Shown: positions 22,902 through 31,970 of the stretch, piece by piece | How positions within the stretch are numbered: position 1 is the first letter of the stretch | How the letters are laid out: each line of letters opens with the position of its first letter | From: Pseudomonas aeruginosa | GTDB taxonomy: Bacteria > Pseudomonadota > Gammaproteobacteria > Pseudomonadales > Pseudomonadaceae | Length of the DNA stretch: 32,000 nt | Direction of reading: 5' to 3' | Assembly (NCBI RefSeq): GCF_001457615.1 | Contig: NZ_LN831024.1 | Location: forward strand, 1,050,001-1,082,000 | Notes under the pieces: model-generated | Databases searched by the model: none | Told to the model about the DNA's origin: nothing | Seen by the model: the letters and a program-made list of their open reading frames with translations, nothing else | Program-made: the position numbers and the translations under genes

Positions 22902-23693
22902 ATGAGCCGTCTGACGGCCGAGGCGATCAGCCTCTCATTCGAACAGCGCGGCCAGCGCCGCGCCATCCTCCGCGATCTCAGCCTGGGCCTGGCCAAGGGC
23001 GAGTCGCTGGTGGTGCTGGGTCCTTCGGGCTGCGGCAAGTCGACACTGCTGAACATCCTTGCCGGTTTCCAGAAGCCGGACCAGGGACGCGTGCAGATCG
23101 ACGGCCGGACACTCGAAGGGCCCGGCGGCGAGCGCGGCGTGGTATTCCAGGACGACGCCCTGATGCCCTGGCTCAACGCCCTCGACAACGTCGCCCTGGG
23201 CCTGCGCATCCGTGGCCTGGGCAAGGCCGAGCGCACCGCGCGGGCGCGCCAGGTCCTGCAACTGGTGGGCCTCCAGGAGTACGCCGAGCAGTCCGTCGCC
23301 GAGCTCTCCGGCGGCCAGCGGCAACGCCTCGGGCTGGCACGCGCGCTGGCGGTCGAGCCGGACTTCCTGCTGCTCGACGAGCCGTTCGGCGCGCTCGACG
23401 CGCTGACCCGCGAACGCATGCAGGTGCTCCTGCTGGACCTGTGGAAGCAGACCGGCAAGGGCCTCTTCCTGATCACCCACAGCGTCGACGAGGCCCTGTT
23501 CCTGGCTACCGACCTGGTGGTGATGGACGGCCCGCCGGCGCGCATCGTCAAGCGCCTGCCGGTGGACTTCGCGCGGCGCTACGCCGCCGGCGAAACGGTG
23601 CGCTCGATCAAGGCCGATCCCGAGTTCGGCCGTTTGCGCCAGGCGTTGCTGGACGAATTCCTCGATGTCGCGGAGGCCGAACATGCCCACTGA
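22902..23693 (+). CDS. tauB: Taurine/sulfonate ABC transporter ATP-binding protein
   Basis: Walker A VVLGPSGCGKST, signature LSGGQRQRLGLARALA, Walker B FLLLDEPFGALD, LFLITHSVDEALFLATDLVVM. Confidence 0.9.
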   Translation: MSRLTAEAISLSFEQRGQRRAILRDLSLGLAKGESLVVLGPSGCGKSTLLNILAGFQKPDQGRVQIDGRTLEGPGGERGVVFQDDALMPWLNALDNVALGLRIRGLGKAERTARARQVLQLVGLQEYAEQSVAELSGGQRQRLGLARALAVEPDFLLLDEPFGALDALTRERMQVLLLDLWKQTGKGLFLITHSVDEALFLATDLVVMDGPPARIVKRLPVDFARRYAAGETVRSIKADPEFGRLRQALLDEFLDVAEAEHAH

Positions 23694-24501
23694 TACCCTC
23701 GGACTCGCCGCCGCCAAGCCTGTCCCGCGCAAGCGGCGCCTGCCCGGCGACCGTCGGCGCTGGGCCGCCGGTGCCAGCGTGCTGGCCCTGGCCCTGCTGT
23801 GGTGGGCGGCGACCCGTTTCGGCTGGGTCGACGTGCTGTTCCTGCCGGCGCCCGAACAGCTCTTCGAAGCCCTGCAACGGCTATGGCAGGAGGGCTACCT
23901 CGATGCCAGCCTGCTGCAACACGTCGGCACCAGTCTGCTGCGGGTGCTCCTGGCGCTCGGCGCGGCGGTGCTGACGGCGATCCCGCTGGGCGTGCTGATG
24001 GGCCTCAACCCCTTGGCCGGAGCGGCCCTCGATCCGCTGGTGGAGTTCTACCGGCCGATCCCGCCGTTGGCCTACCTGCCGTTGATCGTCATCTGGTTCG
24101 GCATCGGCGAGCTGAGCAAGGTGCTGCTGATCTACCTGGCGCTGTTCGCGCCGCTGCTGATCGCTACCGCCGCCGGCGTGCGTCGCGTCGACCGATCGCG
24201 GGTGCAGGCGGTGCGCTGCCTGGGGGCCAGCCGCTGGCAGGTGGTGCGCTACGTGATCCTGCCGAGCGCCTTGCCGGAGGTCCTCACCGGCCTGCGCATC
24301 GCCCTCGGCGTCGGCTGGTCGACCCTGGTCGCCGCCGAGCTGATCGCGGCCAACCGCGGCCTCGGCTTCATGGTCCAGTCCGCCGCGCAATTCCTCGCCA
24401 CCGACGTGGTGGTGGTCGGCATCCTGCTGATCGCCGCCATCGCCCTGGCCTTCGAACTGGGGCTGCGCTGGGTCCAGCGGCGCTTCGCCGCCTGGGGTTG
24501 A
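23683..24501 (+). CDS. tauC: Taurine/sulfonate ABC transporter permease
   Basis: PQLFEALQRL, IPLGVLMGLNPLAGAALDPLVEFYRPIPPLAYLPLIVIWFGIGELSKVLLIYLALFAPLLIAT. ATG at 23683 overlaps the tauB stop. Confidence 0.9.
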   Translation: MPTDTLGLAAAKPVPRKRRLPGDRRRWAAGASVLALALLWWAATRFGWVDVLFLPAPEQLFEALQRLWQEGYLDASLLQHVGTSLLRVLLALGAAVLTAIPLGVLMGLNPLAGAALDPLVEFYRPIPPLAYLPLIVIWFGIGELSKVLLIYLALFAPLLIATAAGVRRVDRSRVQAVRCLGASRWQVVRYVILPSALPEVLTGLRIALGVGWSTLVAAELIAANRGLGFMVQSAAQFLATDVVVVGILLIAAIALAFELGLRWVQRRFAAWG

Positions 24502-24607
24502 GCGCGAGAGTCCCGAGTCATTTCCGAACCGACCTTCACCCACGCGGCGAAGGCCGGAGCGAGGGCGCGCAGGGCGCGCCCGCAACCTGCCCGACGAGTA
24601 GCACGAC

Positions 24608-25441
24608 ATGAGCCTGACCATCCAACCCATCAGCCCGGCCCTGGGCGCCATCGTTTCCGGCATCGACCTCGGCGCGCCGCTGGACGACGCCGGCCAGCGG
24701 GCCATCGAGCAGGCCCTGCTCGAACACCAGGTGCTGTTCTTCCGCGACCAGTCGCTGGAACCCAGGAGCCAGGCGCGCTTCGCCGCCCGCTTCGGCGACC
24801 TGCACATCCATCCGATCTACCCCAGCGTGCCGGAGCAGCCGGAGGTCATCGTCCTCGACACCGCGGTCACCGACGTGCGCGACAATGCCATCTGGCACAC
24901 CGACGTGACCTTCCTCGAGACCCCGGCGCTGGGGGCGGTGCTCGCCGCCAAGCAATTGCCGCCGTACGGCGGCGACACCCTCTGGGCGAGCAGCACGGCG
25001 GCCTACGAGGCGCTGTCGGCGCCGCTGCGGCGTCTGCTGGACGGTCTCACGGCGACCCACGACATCGGCAAGTCCTTCCCCCGCGAGCGCTTCGGCGTCA
25101 CCGAGGCCGACCTGGCGCGCCTGGAGGAGGCCCGCCTGAAGAATCCGCCGCGCTCGCATCCGGTGGTGCGCACCCATCCGGTCACCGGGCGCAAGGGCCT
25201 GTTCGTCAGCGATGGCTTTACCACCCGCATCAACGAACTGGAGCCGGCCGAGAGCGATGCGCTGCTGAAGTTCCTCTTCGCCCATGCCACGCGACCTGAA
25301 TTCACCGTGCGCTGGCGCTGGCAGGAAAACGACGTGGCGTTCTGGGACAACCGCGTGACGCAGCACTACGCGGTGGACGATTACCGGCCCCAGCGGCGGG
25401 TCATGCATCGCGCCACCATCCTCGGCGACAAGCCCTTCTGA
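24608..25441 (+). CDS. tauD: Alpha-ketoglutarate-dependent taurine dioxygenase
   Basis: [17 protein letters not shown], facial triad region [10 protein letters not shown] (HxD), [34 protein letters not shown]. Confidence 0.93.
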   Translation: MSLTIQPISPALGAIVSGIDLGAPLDDAGQRAIEQALLEHQVLFFRDQSLEPRSQARFAARFGDLHIHPIYPSVPEQPEVIVLDTAVTDVRDNAIWHTDVTFLETPALGAVLAAKQLPPYGGDTLWASSTAAYEALSAPLRRLLDGLTATHDIGKSFPRERFGVTEADLARLEEARLKNPPRSHPVVRTHPVTGRKGLFVSDGFTTRINELEPAESDALLKFLFAHATRPEFTVRWRWQENDVAFWDNRVTQHYAVDDYRPQRRVMHRATILGDKPF

Positions 25442-25603
25442 CGCCGCCGCGCGCGGGCTTCCTCCGGCGGCCCGCGCCGGCAACTGTCCGTTCCGCCAGC
25501 TTTTGCTCTCGAAAAGGTCGCCTCTGCGACATTCGCTGTCGTGTCCCGGCGTGCCGCTCTCGCCTAAGCTTGGCGGGTCCAATTGTTTCGAGAGTTTTCA
25601 TCC

Positions 25604-27640
25604 ATGCAAGAACGCATCCCGGATGAGCTGACCCTGCCAGAGCTCACCCTGCGTGGCCTGATCCTCGGTGCGCTGATCACCGTGGTCTTCACCGCCTCCA
25701 ACGTCTACCTCGGTCTGAAGGTCGGCCTGACCTTCGCCTCGTCGATCCCGGCGGCGGTGATCTCGATGGCCGTCCTGCGCTACTTCTCCGGCGCCAACAT
25801 CCTCGAGAACAACATGGTGCAGACCCAGGCCTCGGCGGCCGGCACTCTGTCCTCGATCATCTTCATCCTTCCCGGCCTGCTGATGATCGGCTACTGGAGT
25901 GGCTTCCCGTTCTGGCAGACCGCGGCGATCTGCTCCATCGGCGGCATTCTCGGGGTGCTCTATACCATTCCGCTGCGCCGGGTGATGGTGGTGCAAAGCG
26001 AACTGCCGTATCCGGAAGGGGTGGCGGCGGCGGAAATCCTCCGGGTCGGCAGCGACGGCGCCGAGGACGAGGAAGACGCCCGCGCGCCGCGTGCCGCCGG
26101 TAACGCGCCGGGGCTCTACGATATCCTCGGCGGCGGCCTGGTGGCGGCGCTGTTCAGCCTCTGGAGCAGCGGCTTCAAGGTTCTCGCCGAAGGCTTCAGC
26201 GTCTGGCTCAGTGCCGGGCAGGCGGCGTTCCGCCTTTCCACCGGTTTTTCCCTGGCGTTGGTCGGTGCCGGCTACCTGATGGGCATCACCGCCGGCATCG
26301 CGATCCTCATCGGCGTGGTGATCTCCTGGGGCGTCGCGGTGCCGTTGCTGACCGTCAACAGCGTGCCGGCCGACGGCCAGAGCCTGTCGGACCTGGCCAC
26401 CCAACTGTGGAGTTCGCAGGTGCGCTTCCTCGGCGCCGGCACCATCGGCGTGGCCGCGCTGTGGACCCTGGCGACCCTGTTCAAGCCGATGGTGCGGGGC
26501 GTCTGGGCCTCCCTCGGGGCAGTGCGCGGCAATAGCCAGGCGAACAGCCTGCGCACCGAGCTGGACATGCCGGCCAAGTGGATCCTGCTGATCGCCGGGA
26601 TACTGCTGGTCTCGCTGTTCGTGGTCTTCAGCCACTTCCTCGGTGCCGCCGCGCCGGACATGGCCAGCCCGCAGTTCTGGAGCCTGGTGGCGGTATGCGT
26701 GGTGTTCGCCTTCTTCTTCGGCTTCCTGATCGCCGCCGCCTGCGGCTACATGGCCGGCCTGGTCGGTTCGTCGAGCAGTCCGATCTCGGGGATCGGGATC
26801 ATCGCGGTCATCCTGGTGTCGTTGCTGATACTCGGCTTCGGCAGCATCGAGGGCGGCCTGCTGGACCGCCAGAACGGCAAGCTGGCGATCGCCCTGGCGC
26901 TGTTTACCACCTCGGTGGTGCTGGCCATCGCGGCGATCTCCAACGACAACCTGCAGGACCTCAAGACCGGCTACCTGGTCGGCGCCACGCCCTGGCGCCA
27001 GCAGGTCGCGCTGATCGTCGGCTGCATCGTCGGCGCGCTGGTGATCCCCCCGGTGCTGGAACTGCTCTACAGCGCCTACGGCTTCACCGGGGCCCTGCCG
27101 CGCGAGGGAATGGACCCCGGCCAGGCCCTGGCCGCGCCGCAGGCGACCCTGATGACGGCGATCGCCAGCGGGATTTTCCACGACGCGCTGAACTGGAACA
27201 TGATCCTCATCGGCGTCGCCCTGGGCATCGCCCTGATCCTCGTCGACCTGCTCCTGCGCCGTACCGGCAAGGCCTGCCTGCCGGTGCTGGCGGTGGGCCT
27301 GGGGATCTACCTGCCGCCGACCATCGGCATGACCCTGGTGGTCGGTGCGCTGATTTCCTGGCTGCTGGAAAATGCCCTGAAGAAGCGTGCGGCGGCGGCC
27401 GGGGTCGACGAAGAGGCTTATGCCGAAGAGCCGAAGCGACGCGGCGTGCTGCTGGCTTCGGGGCTGATCGTCGGCGAGAGCCTGATGGGCATCCTGCTCG
27501 CCGGGGTGATCGGCGCCACCGGCGAGGACGCGCCGCTGGCGCTGGCCGGCGCCGGCTTCGCGGGCATCGCCCAGTGGCTGGGACTGGTGGTATTCGTCGC
27601 GATCTGCGTGCTGTTCTACCGGCGAGTGCTGGCGCGCTGA
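25604..27640 (+). CDS. Oligopeptide transporter, OPT family
   Basis: PELTLRGLILGALITVVFTASNVYLGLKVGLTFASSIPAAVISMAVL, NNMVQTQASAAGTLSS, and many TM helices. ATG at 25604 preferred over the TTG at 25583. Confidence 0.9.
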   Translation: MQERIPDELTLPELTLRGLILGALITVVFTASNVYLGLKVGLTFASSIPAAVISMAVLRYFSGANILENNMVQTQASAAGTLSSIIFILPGLLMIGYWSGFPFWQTAAICSIGGILGVLYTIPLRRVMVVQSELPYPEGVAAAEILRVGSDGAEDEEDARAPRAAGNAPGLYDILGGGLVAALFSLWSSGFKVLAEGFSVWLSAGQAAFRLSTGFSLALVGAGYLMGITAGIAILIGVVISWGVAVPLLTVNSVPADGQSLSDLATQLWSSQVRFLGAGTIGVAALWTLATLFKPMVRGVWASLGAVRGNSQANSLRTELDMPAKWILLIAGILLVSLFVVFSHFLGAAAPDMASPQFWSLVAVCVVFAFFFGFLIAAACGYMAGLVGSSSSPISGIGIIAVILVSLLILGFGSIEGGLLDRQNGKLAIALALFTTSVVLAIAAISNDNLQDLKTGYLVGATPWRQQVALIVGCIVGALVIPPVLELLYSAYGFTGALPREGMDPGQALAAPQATLMTAIASGIFHDALNWNMILIGVALGIALILVDLLLRRTGKACLPVLAVGLGIYLPPTIGMTLVVGALISWLLENALKKRAAAAGVDEEAYAEEPKRRGVLLASGLIVGESLMGILLAGVIGATGEDAPLALAGAGFAGIAQWLGLVVFVAICVLFYRRVLAR

Positions 27641-27713
27641 GGGATTCGCAGCTGCACGGGGATGGGATGTTGCCGCTAGCGTCATTCCCCGCGGTCAGGG
27701 ACGGAGGATGAGG

Positions 27714-27740
27714 GAAGGGGCGCCCTGCGCGCCCCCTTTT
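27714..27740. terminator. Rho-independent terminator between the convergent OPT and BCCT genes
   Basis: GGGGCGC-CCTGC-GCGCCCC followed by CTTTT: 7-bp perfect GC stem, with AA upstream opposing TT downstream. Confidence 0.75.
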
Positions 27741-27747
27741 CCTGCGC

Positions 27748-29763
27748 TCAACGCACCAGGTGCAGGAACTGCAGGTGCCGCTCGTACTGGTCGAGCATGT
27801 CGTTGATGATCTGCTCCTTGGTGTAGCCCATCAGATCGTAGTCCTGGCTACCTTCGGCGAGATGCACCTCGGCACGGAAGTAGCGGCGATTCTTCAGGTG
27901 CAGGCCGCCCATGCCGGCACGCGCGAAGGACGGCGTGAAGTAGCCGCGCATCAGCACCTGGTAGAGGAACCGATGCTGCTCGCCATGACCGATCTCCAGG
28001 CTCAGCGAGGCGTTGCCCGGGTCGAGCTGGGCGTCCACCGCCAGGCCCTTCTCGCGGAACACCTCGGAAACCTCGCTGATCGCCGGGCGCACCACATCGT
28101 TCATGAAGCGGTACACCTCGTCCCGCGAGGGGAAGTGCACGGCCTGCGACAGGCGTCGCTTCCAGCCGCCGGAGCGCTTGCCGTTGCCGCTCATCAGCGG
28201 CGCCAGGGAGTGGCTCCGCGCCCGCTGGCGCTGCGACTCCATGTAGAAGGCCTTGTGCAGGCCCCACATCATCAATAGCAGGATCAGCGAGAAGGGCAGG
28301 GAGGTCAGCACCACCGCCGACTTCAGCGCGTCGATGCTGCCGGCGAACAGCAGCCCTCCGGTGACCAGCGCGGTGACCGAGCCCCAGAACACCCGCAGCC
28401 ACTTCGGTCCGTCGTCGTCGGCGCTGCCGCCGTGGGCGGAGAGGGTGGAGAGGACCACGGTGCCGGAGTCCGCCGAGGTGACGAAGAAGACGAAGCTGAC
28501 CAGCACAGTGACGGTGATCACCGCGCGGCTCCAGGGGTAGTTCTGGAGCATCTGGTAGAGGGCCATCGACGGCTGCTCGATGGCCACCCGGCCGAGTTCG
28601 CTGGCGCCGCCGAGGGCCTGCTCCAGGGCGCTGTTGCCGAAGATCGACATCCACGCCAGGGTGAAGCCGAGCGGGATGAACAGCACGCCGAAGACGAATT
28701 CGCGGATCGTCCGGCCGCGCGAGATGCGCGCGATGAACAGGCCGACGAAGGGCGCCCAGGCGATCCACCAGGCCCAGTAGAACACCGTCCACGAGCCCAG
28801 CCAGTCGCTGGGACCGCCGTAGGCGTAGAGGTCGAAGCTCTTGCCCGGCAGGTGGCCGAGGTAGTCGCCGACGTTCTGCACCAGGGTGTTGAGCAGGTGC
28901 TGGGTCGGACCGGCGAACAGCACGAACAGCAGCAGGCTGCAGGCCAGCAGCATGTTGATGTCGGAGAGGATGCGGATGCCCTTGTCGACGCCGGAGACCG
29001 CCACCGAGATCGCCGCGCCCATCATCAGCACGATGAGCGCCATCTGCACCGGGTGGGTATGCGGGATGGCGTACAGGTAGTCCAGCCCGGAGTTGAGCTG
29101 GAGCACGCCGAAGCCCATGTCGGCGCCGAGGCCGAACACCGTGGCGATGATGCCGAAGCAGTCCACCGTGTAGCCGATCGGCCCGTTGATGCGCTTGCCG
29201 ATCAACGGGTAGAGCGCCGAGCGCAGGGCCAGCGGCAGGTTGTGGCGGTAGGCGAAGTAGGCCAGGGCCATCGCCACCAGGGCGAACACGCCCCAGCCGT
29301 GCAGGCCCCAGTGCAGGAACAGCAGTTCCATGGCCTGCCGCGCGGCTTCCTGGGTACCGGCCTCGCCTTGCGGCGGCTGGAGGAAATGGGTCAGCGGCTC
29401 GGATACGCAGAAGAAGAACAGGGTGATGCTGATGCCGGCGGCGAACAGCATGCCGGCCCAGGACAGGTAGCTGAATTCCGGCTCGTCGTGGTCGGCACCG
29501 AGCTTGATCTTGCCGTAGCCGGAAAGCGCGGTGACCACCACGAAGATCAGGTACAGCGTCATCGCCAGCAGGTAGTACCAACCGACGGTCTGCGAGGCCC
29601 AGGTCTGTGCGGCCAGCAACCATTCGCCGGCGCGCTGGGGGAAGCCGATGACCACCGCGGCGAACAGCAGGATCAGGATCGCCGCACCGTAGAACACCGG
29701 GGGATTCATGCGGATGGGCGTGGGGGTGGAGGGGGTGGCGGAGGGCGATTGTGCGTCAGTCAA
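27748..29763 (-). CDS. betT: BCCT-family choline/betaine transporter, BetT type, with C-terminal osmosensory-like tail
   Basis: LSWAGMLFAAGISITLFFFCVSEPLTHF, WTVFYWAWWIAWAPFVGLFIARISRGRTIREF, and an approximately 150-aa cytoplasmic tail. TTG start at 29763; an alternative ATG is at 29709 (MNPPVFYG). Confidence 0.88.
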   Translation of the reverse strand: MTDAQSPSATPSTPTPIRMNPPVFYGAAILILLFAAVVIGFPQRAGEWLLAAQTWASQTVGWYYLLAMTLYLIFVVVTALSGYGKIKLGADHDEPEFSYLSWAGMLFAAGISITLFFFCVSEPLTHFLQPPQGEAGTQEAARQAMELLFLHWGLHGWGVFALVAMALAYFAYRHNLPLALRSALYPLIGKRINGPIGYTVDCFGIIATVFGLGADMGFGVLQLNSGLDYLYAIPHTHPVQMALIVLMMGAAISVAVSGVDKGIRILSDINMLLACSLLLFVLFAGPTQHLLNTLVQNVGDYLGHLPGKSFDLYAYGGPSDWLGSWTVFYWAWWIAWAPFVGLFIARISRGRTIREFVFGVLFIPLGFTLAWMSIFGNSALEQALGGASELGRVAIEQPSMALYQMLQNYPWSRAVITVTVLVSFVFFVTSADSGTVVLSTLSAHGGSADDDGPKWLRVFWGSVTALVTGGLLFAGSIDALKSAVVLTSLPFSLILLLMMWGLHKAFYMESQRQRARSHSLAPLMSGNGKRSGGWKRRLSQAVHFPSRDEVYRFMNDVVRPAISEVSEVFREKGLAVDAQLDPGNASLSLEIGHGEQHRFLYQVLMRGYFTPSFARAGMGGLHLKNRRYFRAEVHLAEGSQDYDLMGYTKEQIINDMLDQYERHLQFLHLVR

Positions 29764-29898
29764 AACAGGCTGGTCTCCTCGTCCTTAATTTGATCAAGCG
29801 TTCAATATAAACACGATCAAGGGCCCGGGAGCCAATCCTTCGGACGTATGGAAGCCTTCGGCGCCGCGCTTTTCCCGCACGTTCGCCGAAGGATTCCT

Positions 29899-30873
29899 TC
29901 AGTTCGCCGCCAGTCCCAGGCGCCGCCTTCCCACCTCCTCGTCGCCGCCTGCCTGCTCTGTGGCCAGTTGCAGGAGCAGGGCCTGTACCTGCTCCAGCGA
30001 CGGCGCTCCGGCTTGGCCGAGCAGGCGCCGCAGACCGGCCAGCGATGGGTCTGGCGTTGCCCCGCCAAAATTCAGATGCTGCGGCAGGATTTCTTCCTTG
30101 TCGCTGACCAGCAGGGCGAAGTGGACGACGTTTTCCAGCTCGCGGATGTTGCCTGGCCAGGGATAGCTCTCGAGGATCCGCTGGGTTTCCACGCCGATGG
30201 CCGGCACCGGCAGGTCCAGGCGCTGGGCATAGACGCCGACGAAGTATTCCGCCAGCGGCAGGATGTCTCCCGGACGTTCGCGCAATGGCGGCAGGCTCAG
30301 GCGGCCGTCGTGCAGGTATTGTTGCAGGCCGGCCAGGAACTTGCCGGCGCGCACCGCCTGGTCCAGGTCGACGCTGGTGGCGGTGACCAGGCGCACGTCA
30401 TGGGGAATCGGCTGCTGCGCGCCGACCCGCAGCACCTCGCGTTCCTCCAGCGTCTGTAGCAGCCTGGCCTGCAGCGTCAGCGGCAGGTCGGCGATCTCGT
30501 CCAGGTACAGGGTGCCGCCATTGGCCGAACCGAACCAGCCGGCGCGGCTGCCGACCGGGCCGTTATGGGCGCCGGGAGCGTAGCCGAACAGCTCGGCTTC
30601 GGCATGGTTGCGACTGAGGGCGCTGCAACTGACCGCAACGAACAGACCGGCGCGTTCGCTGTGGCGGTGGATCTGCCGGGCGAGCAGCTCCTTGCCGGTG
30701 CCGGTCTCGCCTTCGATCAGCACCGGCTGGCCCTGTGGCGCGAGGCGCTCGAGTTCTTCGCGGACCCGGTGCGAGCGTGGGTCGAAGAACACCAGGGCCT
30801 TGGCGCGGATGCTCAGCGGACTGCGGTCGGCGTCGGGGAAGGTCAGCGGCGCGGGGCGTGGTTTCTCGCTCAT
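29899..30873 (-). CDS. SfnR-like sigma54-activator-type AAA+ protein with degenerate functional motifs
   Basis: Walker A GETGTGKE, Walker B GGTLYLDEIADLPL, LPPLRERPGDILPL, YPWPGNIRELENVV. The GAFTGA position reads GAHNGP. Confidence 0.85.
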   Translation of the reverse strand: MSEKPRPAPLTFPDADRSPLSIRAKALVFFDPRSHRVREELERLAPQGQPVLIEGETGTGKELLARQIHRHSERAGLFVAVSCSALSRNHAEAELFGYAPGAHNGPVGSRAGWFGSANGGTLYLDEIADLPLTLQARLLQTLEEREVLRVGAQQPIPHDVRLVTATSVDLDQAVRAGKFLAGLQQYLHDGRLSLPPLRERPGDILPLAEYFVGVYAQRLDLPVPAIGVETQRILESYPWPGNIRELENVVHFALLVSDKEEILPQHLNFGGATPDPSLAGLRRLLGQAGAPSLEQVQALLLQLATEQAGGDEEVGRRRLGLAAN

Positions 30874-30957
30874 GGGTAACTCCTTGGCGGCACGGGGCGC
30901 CTCCAGCGCCTGCGCCGCGACGACGGCCGGAACGGCTGCGGGCGGGGGCCGTTGCGG

Positions 30958-30996
30958 AAAAAGAAACGCCGGTGCAAGCCATGCGACACCGGCGTG
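30958..30996 (-). terminator. Rho-independent terminator for the NlpA-family gene (minus strand)
   Basis: Plus strand AAAAAAGAA-ACGCCGGTG-(12 nt)-CACCGGCGT. Read on the minus strand this is a 9-bp stem followed by TTCTTTTTT. Confidence 0.85.
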
Positions 30997-31047
30997 AACA
31001 AGGGGCGCTGCAACGGCGCCCAGCGTGGGAGTCGGGACGGGCTGGGG

Positions 31048-31827
31048 TCAGAAGGCCGGGACCACCGCGCCGGCATATTTCTTCTCGATGAAGGCTTTCA
31101 CTTCCGGGCTGGTCAGCGCGGCGGAAAGCTTCTTCAGGGCGTCGCTATCCTTGTTGTCAGGACGCGCCACCAGGTAGTTCACATAGGGCGAATCGCGGTC
31201 TTCCAGGACCAGCGCGTCCTTGGCCGGGTTGAGCTTGGCCTCCAGCGCGTAGTTGGTGTTGATCAGGTCCAGGTCGACCTGGTCCAGCACGCGCGGCAAC
31301 AGGGCCGATTCGAGTTCCTTGAACTTCAGGTTCTTCGGGTTCTCGGCGATGTCCTTGGGCGTGGCCAGGGCGTTGTTCGGGTCCTTCAGCTTGAGCAGGC
31401 CGGCCTTCTGCAACAGCAGCAGGGCGCGCCCGCTGTTGCTGCCTTCGTTGGGGATGGCGACGGTGGCGCCGTCGGGCAGCTCGGCCAGCGACTTGTATTT
31501 CCTCGAATAGCCACCGAAGGGTTCGACGTGTACGCCGACCACGGTGACCAGGTTGGTGCCCTTGCCTTTGTTGAAGTTCTCCAGGTACGGCAGGGTCTGG
31601 AAGTAGTTGGCGTCCAGACGCTTCTCGGCGACCTGCACGTTGGGCTGCACGTAGTCGGTGAACACCTTGATCTGCAGGTCGACGCCTTCCTTCGCCAGGG
31701 TCGGCTTGATGAGTTCGAGGATTTCCGCGTGAGGGATCGGCGTGGCGGCGACGATGAGCTTTTCCGCGGCGCTGGCGGAAACGCTGATGACGGAGGCCAG
31801 GGCAGTCAGCAGGAGCAGTTTTTTCAT
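31048..31827 (-). CDS. NlpA/MetQ-family substrate-binding protein (no lipobox)
   Basis: AEKLIVAATPIPHAEILELIKPTLAKEGVDLQIKVFTDYVQPNVQVAEKRLDANYFQTLPYLENFN and VPAF ending. Signal peptide ends ASVISVSASA-AEK. Confidence 0.9.
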   Translation of the reverse strand: MKKLLLLTALASVISVSASAAEKLIVAATPIPHAEILELIKPTLAKEGVDLQIKVFTDYVQPNVQVAEKRLDANYFQTLPYLENFNKGKGTNLVTVVGVHVEPFGGYSRKYKSLAELPDGATVAIPNEGSNSGRALLLLQKAGLLKLKDPNNALATPKDIAENPKNLKFKELESALLPRVLDQVDLDLINTNYALEAKLNPAKDALVLEDRDSPYVNYLVARPDNKDSDALKKLSAALTSPEVKAFIEKKYAGAVVPAF

Positions 31828-31931
31828 TCTTCGATCCTTGTAGGGCGATGTCCGCCGCTGCGCGCAGGGCGGTGAAGGAGGGGCGCCAACACGCGAGGGG
31901 CGGCTTGAAGGGGAGAGTAGCGACTCTTTTT

Positions 31932-31970
31932 ATTCCATAAAAATATTATTTGTTTATTTTTATATTCCAT
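31932..31970. promoter_or_regulatory. Structured AT-rich upstream element: direct ATTCCAT repeats flanking a 9-bp inverted repeat
   Basis: ATTCCAT at 31932-31938 and 31964-31970; inverted repeat ATAAAAATA (31937-31945) / TATTTTTAT (31955-31963), about 110-140 bp upstream of the NlpA-family start codon. Confidence 0.5.

Noticed and set aside
25598-27685. 695-aa minus-strand ORF opposite the OPT transporter
   Set aside because: Antisense shadow ORF. The plus strand carries an unambiguous OPT family protein.
27848-29793. Long ORFs on other frames over the BCCT gene (591 aa minus, 453 aa plus)
   Set aside because: Shadow frames with no domain signal. The 27748-29763 frame encodes the recognisable transporter.
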